Origin: Mobula hypostoma
Lineage: Eukaryota
Assembly (NCBI RefSeq): GCF_963921235.1
Contig: NC_086108.1
Location: 111,416,001 to 111,480,000, forward strand
DNA length: 64,000 bases
Direction: 5' to 3'
Shown here: one piece after another, positions 62,192 to 64,000 of the stretch
How positions within the stretch are numbered: position 1 is the first letter of the stretch
How the letters are laid out: each line of letters starts with the position of its first letter
Translations under genes and position numbers: made by a program
Notes under the pieces: generated by a model
Told to the model about the DNA's origin: nothing
Database searches by the model: none
Seen by the model: only the letters and a program-made list of their open reading frames with translations

Positions 62192-62573
62192 CGAACCGAC
62201 TGAAAACAAAGTTTGTTCTTCTAATTTGGCTCATGTTTTGTTTAAACAGCTTCGATCGAATAAGATTTGGGCTGTCCCCAGCAGATCTTCAGGTTCCGTT
62301 GATTGATGACTGTTTGTCCCATTGTCCCACTCCCACCCAGGAGGGGGCTACGAAGCATCCACACAGGACCACCAGACTCAAAAACAGTTACTTTCCCCAA
62401 GCAGTGAGGCTGATCAACACCTCCACCCACTAACCCACCCCTCCACACCCCCAACCACCACTACTTCATTATTTCTTATGTGCAGACAGCTCTGTGCCCA
62501 GCGTCACTTTATGAACATACAATCAATTCCATGTATCTATAGTAAGCTATCTTATGCATTATTATTATTTTAT

Positions 62574-62770
62574 GCAACATACATCAAAGTTGCTGGTGAA
62601 CGCAGCAGGCCAGGCAGCATCTATAGGAAGAGGCGCAGTCGACGTTTCAGGCCGAGACCCTTCGTCAGGGCAGCCCTGACGAAGGGTCTCGGCCTGAAAC
62701 GTCGACTGCGCCTCTTCCTATAGATGCTGCCTGGCCTGCTGCGTTCACCAGCAACTTTGATGTATGTTGC
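62574..62770. repeat. Perfect 197-bp palindrome made of two Penelope pseudo-LTR pieces
   Basis: Arms 62574-62671 and 62673-62770 with a 1-nt spacer; both strands give the same peptide in the ORF track; flanked by an ATTATTATTTTATG direct duplication. Confidence 0.95.
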
Positions 62771-64000
62771 TTGAATTTCCAGCATCTGCAGAATTCCTGT
62801 TGTTTGCATTATTATTTTATGTTTATTTTTATTATTATTGTGTTCTTTATCTCATTGAGTTTTTTCTGTGCTGTGTCAGATCCAGAGTAACAATTATTTT
62901 ACTCTCCTTTGTACCATGTACTGGAAATGACACTAAACAATCTTGAAATGATGCATTTCACTGTATGTCAGAATCAGGTTTATTATCACTGGCATGTGTC
63001 ATGAAATTTGGTAACTTAATGTATCAATATTTGTGTTACAAATAAAACTAATCTTTTATCTTTTACCTTTAAATATAAGCTGATCAGAAATATACTAGCA
63101 AAGGTTTTCAAAAGCTAATCTACATCCAACCACTTATCACTAACATGGCGACTTTGGAGTATCACACGTCAAAGTTGCTGGTGAATGCAGTAAGTTATCC
63201 ATATGGATTTTCTAAACATTTGTTGAAGTCTCACACAAGTGCTGATTAAGAGAAATTGAAAAGGAATTGGAATTGGTTTATTGTTCAAAGTTCAAAGTCA
63301 ATTTATTATCAAAGCACATATATGTCACCATATACAACCCTGAGATGCATTTTCTTGCAGGCATTCACAGTTAGTACAAAGAAACATGATGGAATCAATG
63401 AAAGACTGCATCCAGCAGGACAGACAAATAACCAAAGTGTGAAAGACAACGAACTGTGCAAATACAAAAAGATTTTTTTTAAATCAAAACAAGAAAAATA
63501 AATAAATAAGCAATAAATCTTGAGAACATGAGATGAAGAGTTGTTGAAAGTGAGTCTATAGATTGTGGGAACAGTTCAGCGTTGGGGCAAATGAAGATGA
63601 GTGAGGTTAGCCCCTCTGGTTCAGTATCCTGATGGTTGAGGGGTAATAACTGTTCCTGAACCTGGTGGTGTGGGTCCTGAGGCTCCTGTACCTTCCTCCT
63701 GATGGCAGCAGTGAGAGGCGAGCCTGGCCTGGCTGGTGGGAGTCCTTGCTGATGGATGCTATTTTCCAGTGACAGCACTCCATGTAGATGTGCTAAATGG
63801 TGGGGTGGGCTTTACCCGTGATGGACTGGACTGCATCCACTACCTTTTGTTTTCAGATGTAGAGGGAGAAGCTTGTCTTGCACATTGTTTGTTTGTTACG
63901 TCTCCCCTCTCGGGAAGGGTGGGGGGGAGAAGAGACTGTGGTATGTCAAATTACTGGATGAACGAGTAGTCTTTGGGGTACTGTAAGTCTGTGTCTTTAT

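Noticed and set aside
62574..62770. miRNA gene or protein-coding ORFs 62322..62723 and 62621..62809
   Set aside because: A perfect TE-derived palindrome with a TSD; the identical peptides on both strands result from the symmetry.
1..64000. CRISPR array, retron or other prokaryotic RT-based system
   Set aside because: The DNA is eukaryotic and intron-containing; all RTs belong to CR1, L1/Tx1, Rex1 or Gypsy retroelements, and I saw no regular repeat-spacer array.

Overview
Eukaryotic, repeat-dense vertebrate DNA, most likely from a cartilaginous fish (shark or ray; inferred from its V-SINE/HE1-type SINEs and abundant CR1, Penelope and Rex1 elements). The window holds the promoter and first 21 coding exons of a vitellogenin (vtg) gene on the minus strand. 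The ATG is at 62028 and exon 21 ends at 6960. I traced all 21 exons by hand: every intron is GT-AG and the phases join into an open 3070-nt CDS (1023 codons plus 1 nt) covering the signal peptide and most of lipovitellin I. The phosvitin and later exons lie beyond the left edge. A perfect estrogen response element sits about 150 bp upstream of the ATG. The introns contain a four-element nested CR1 stack, two further large CR1 copies, a degenerate Gmr1-type (integrase-before-RT) Gypsy LTR element interrupted by an L1/Tx1 fragment, a related solo LTR, a Tc1 remnant, Penelope-like pieces with hammerhead-ribozyme motifs, Rex1 fragments, SINEs and a ~600-bp polypurine tract. The most unusual observations are an antisense copy of vtg exon 18 inside intron 6, a perfect 197-bp hammerhead-bearing palindrome upstream of the promoter, and a CR1-in-CR1 insertion at the homologous position that creates an in-frame chimeric RT ORF. 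I found no evidence of a wholly new multi-gene system.
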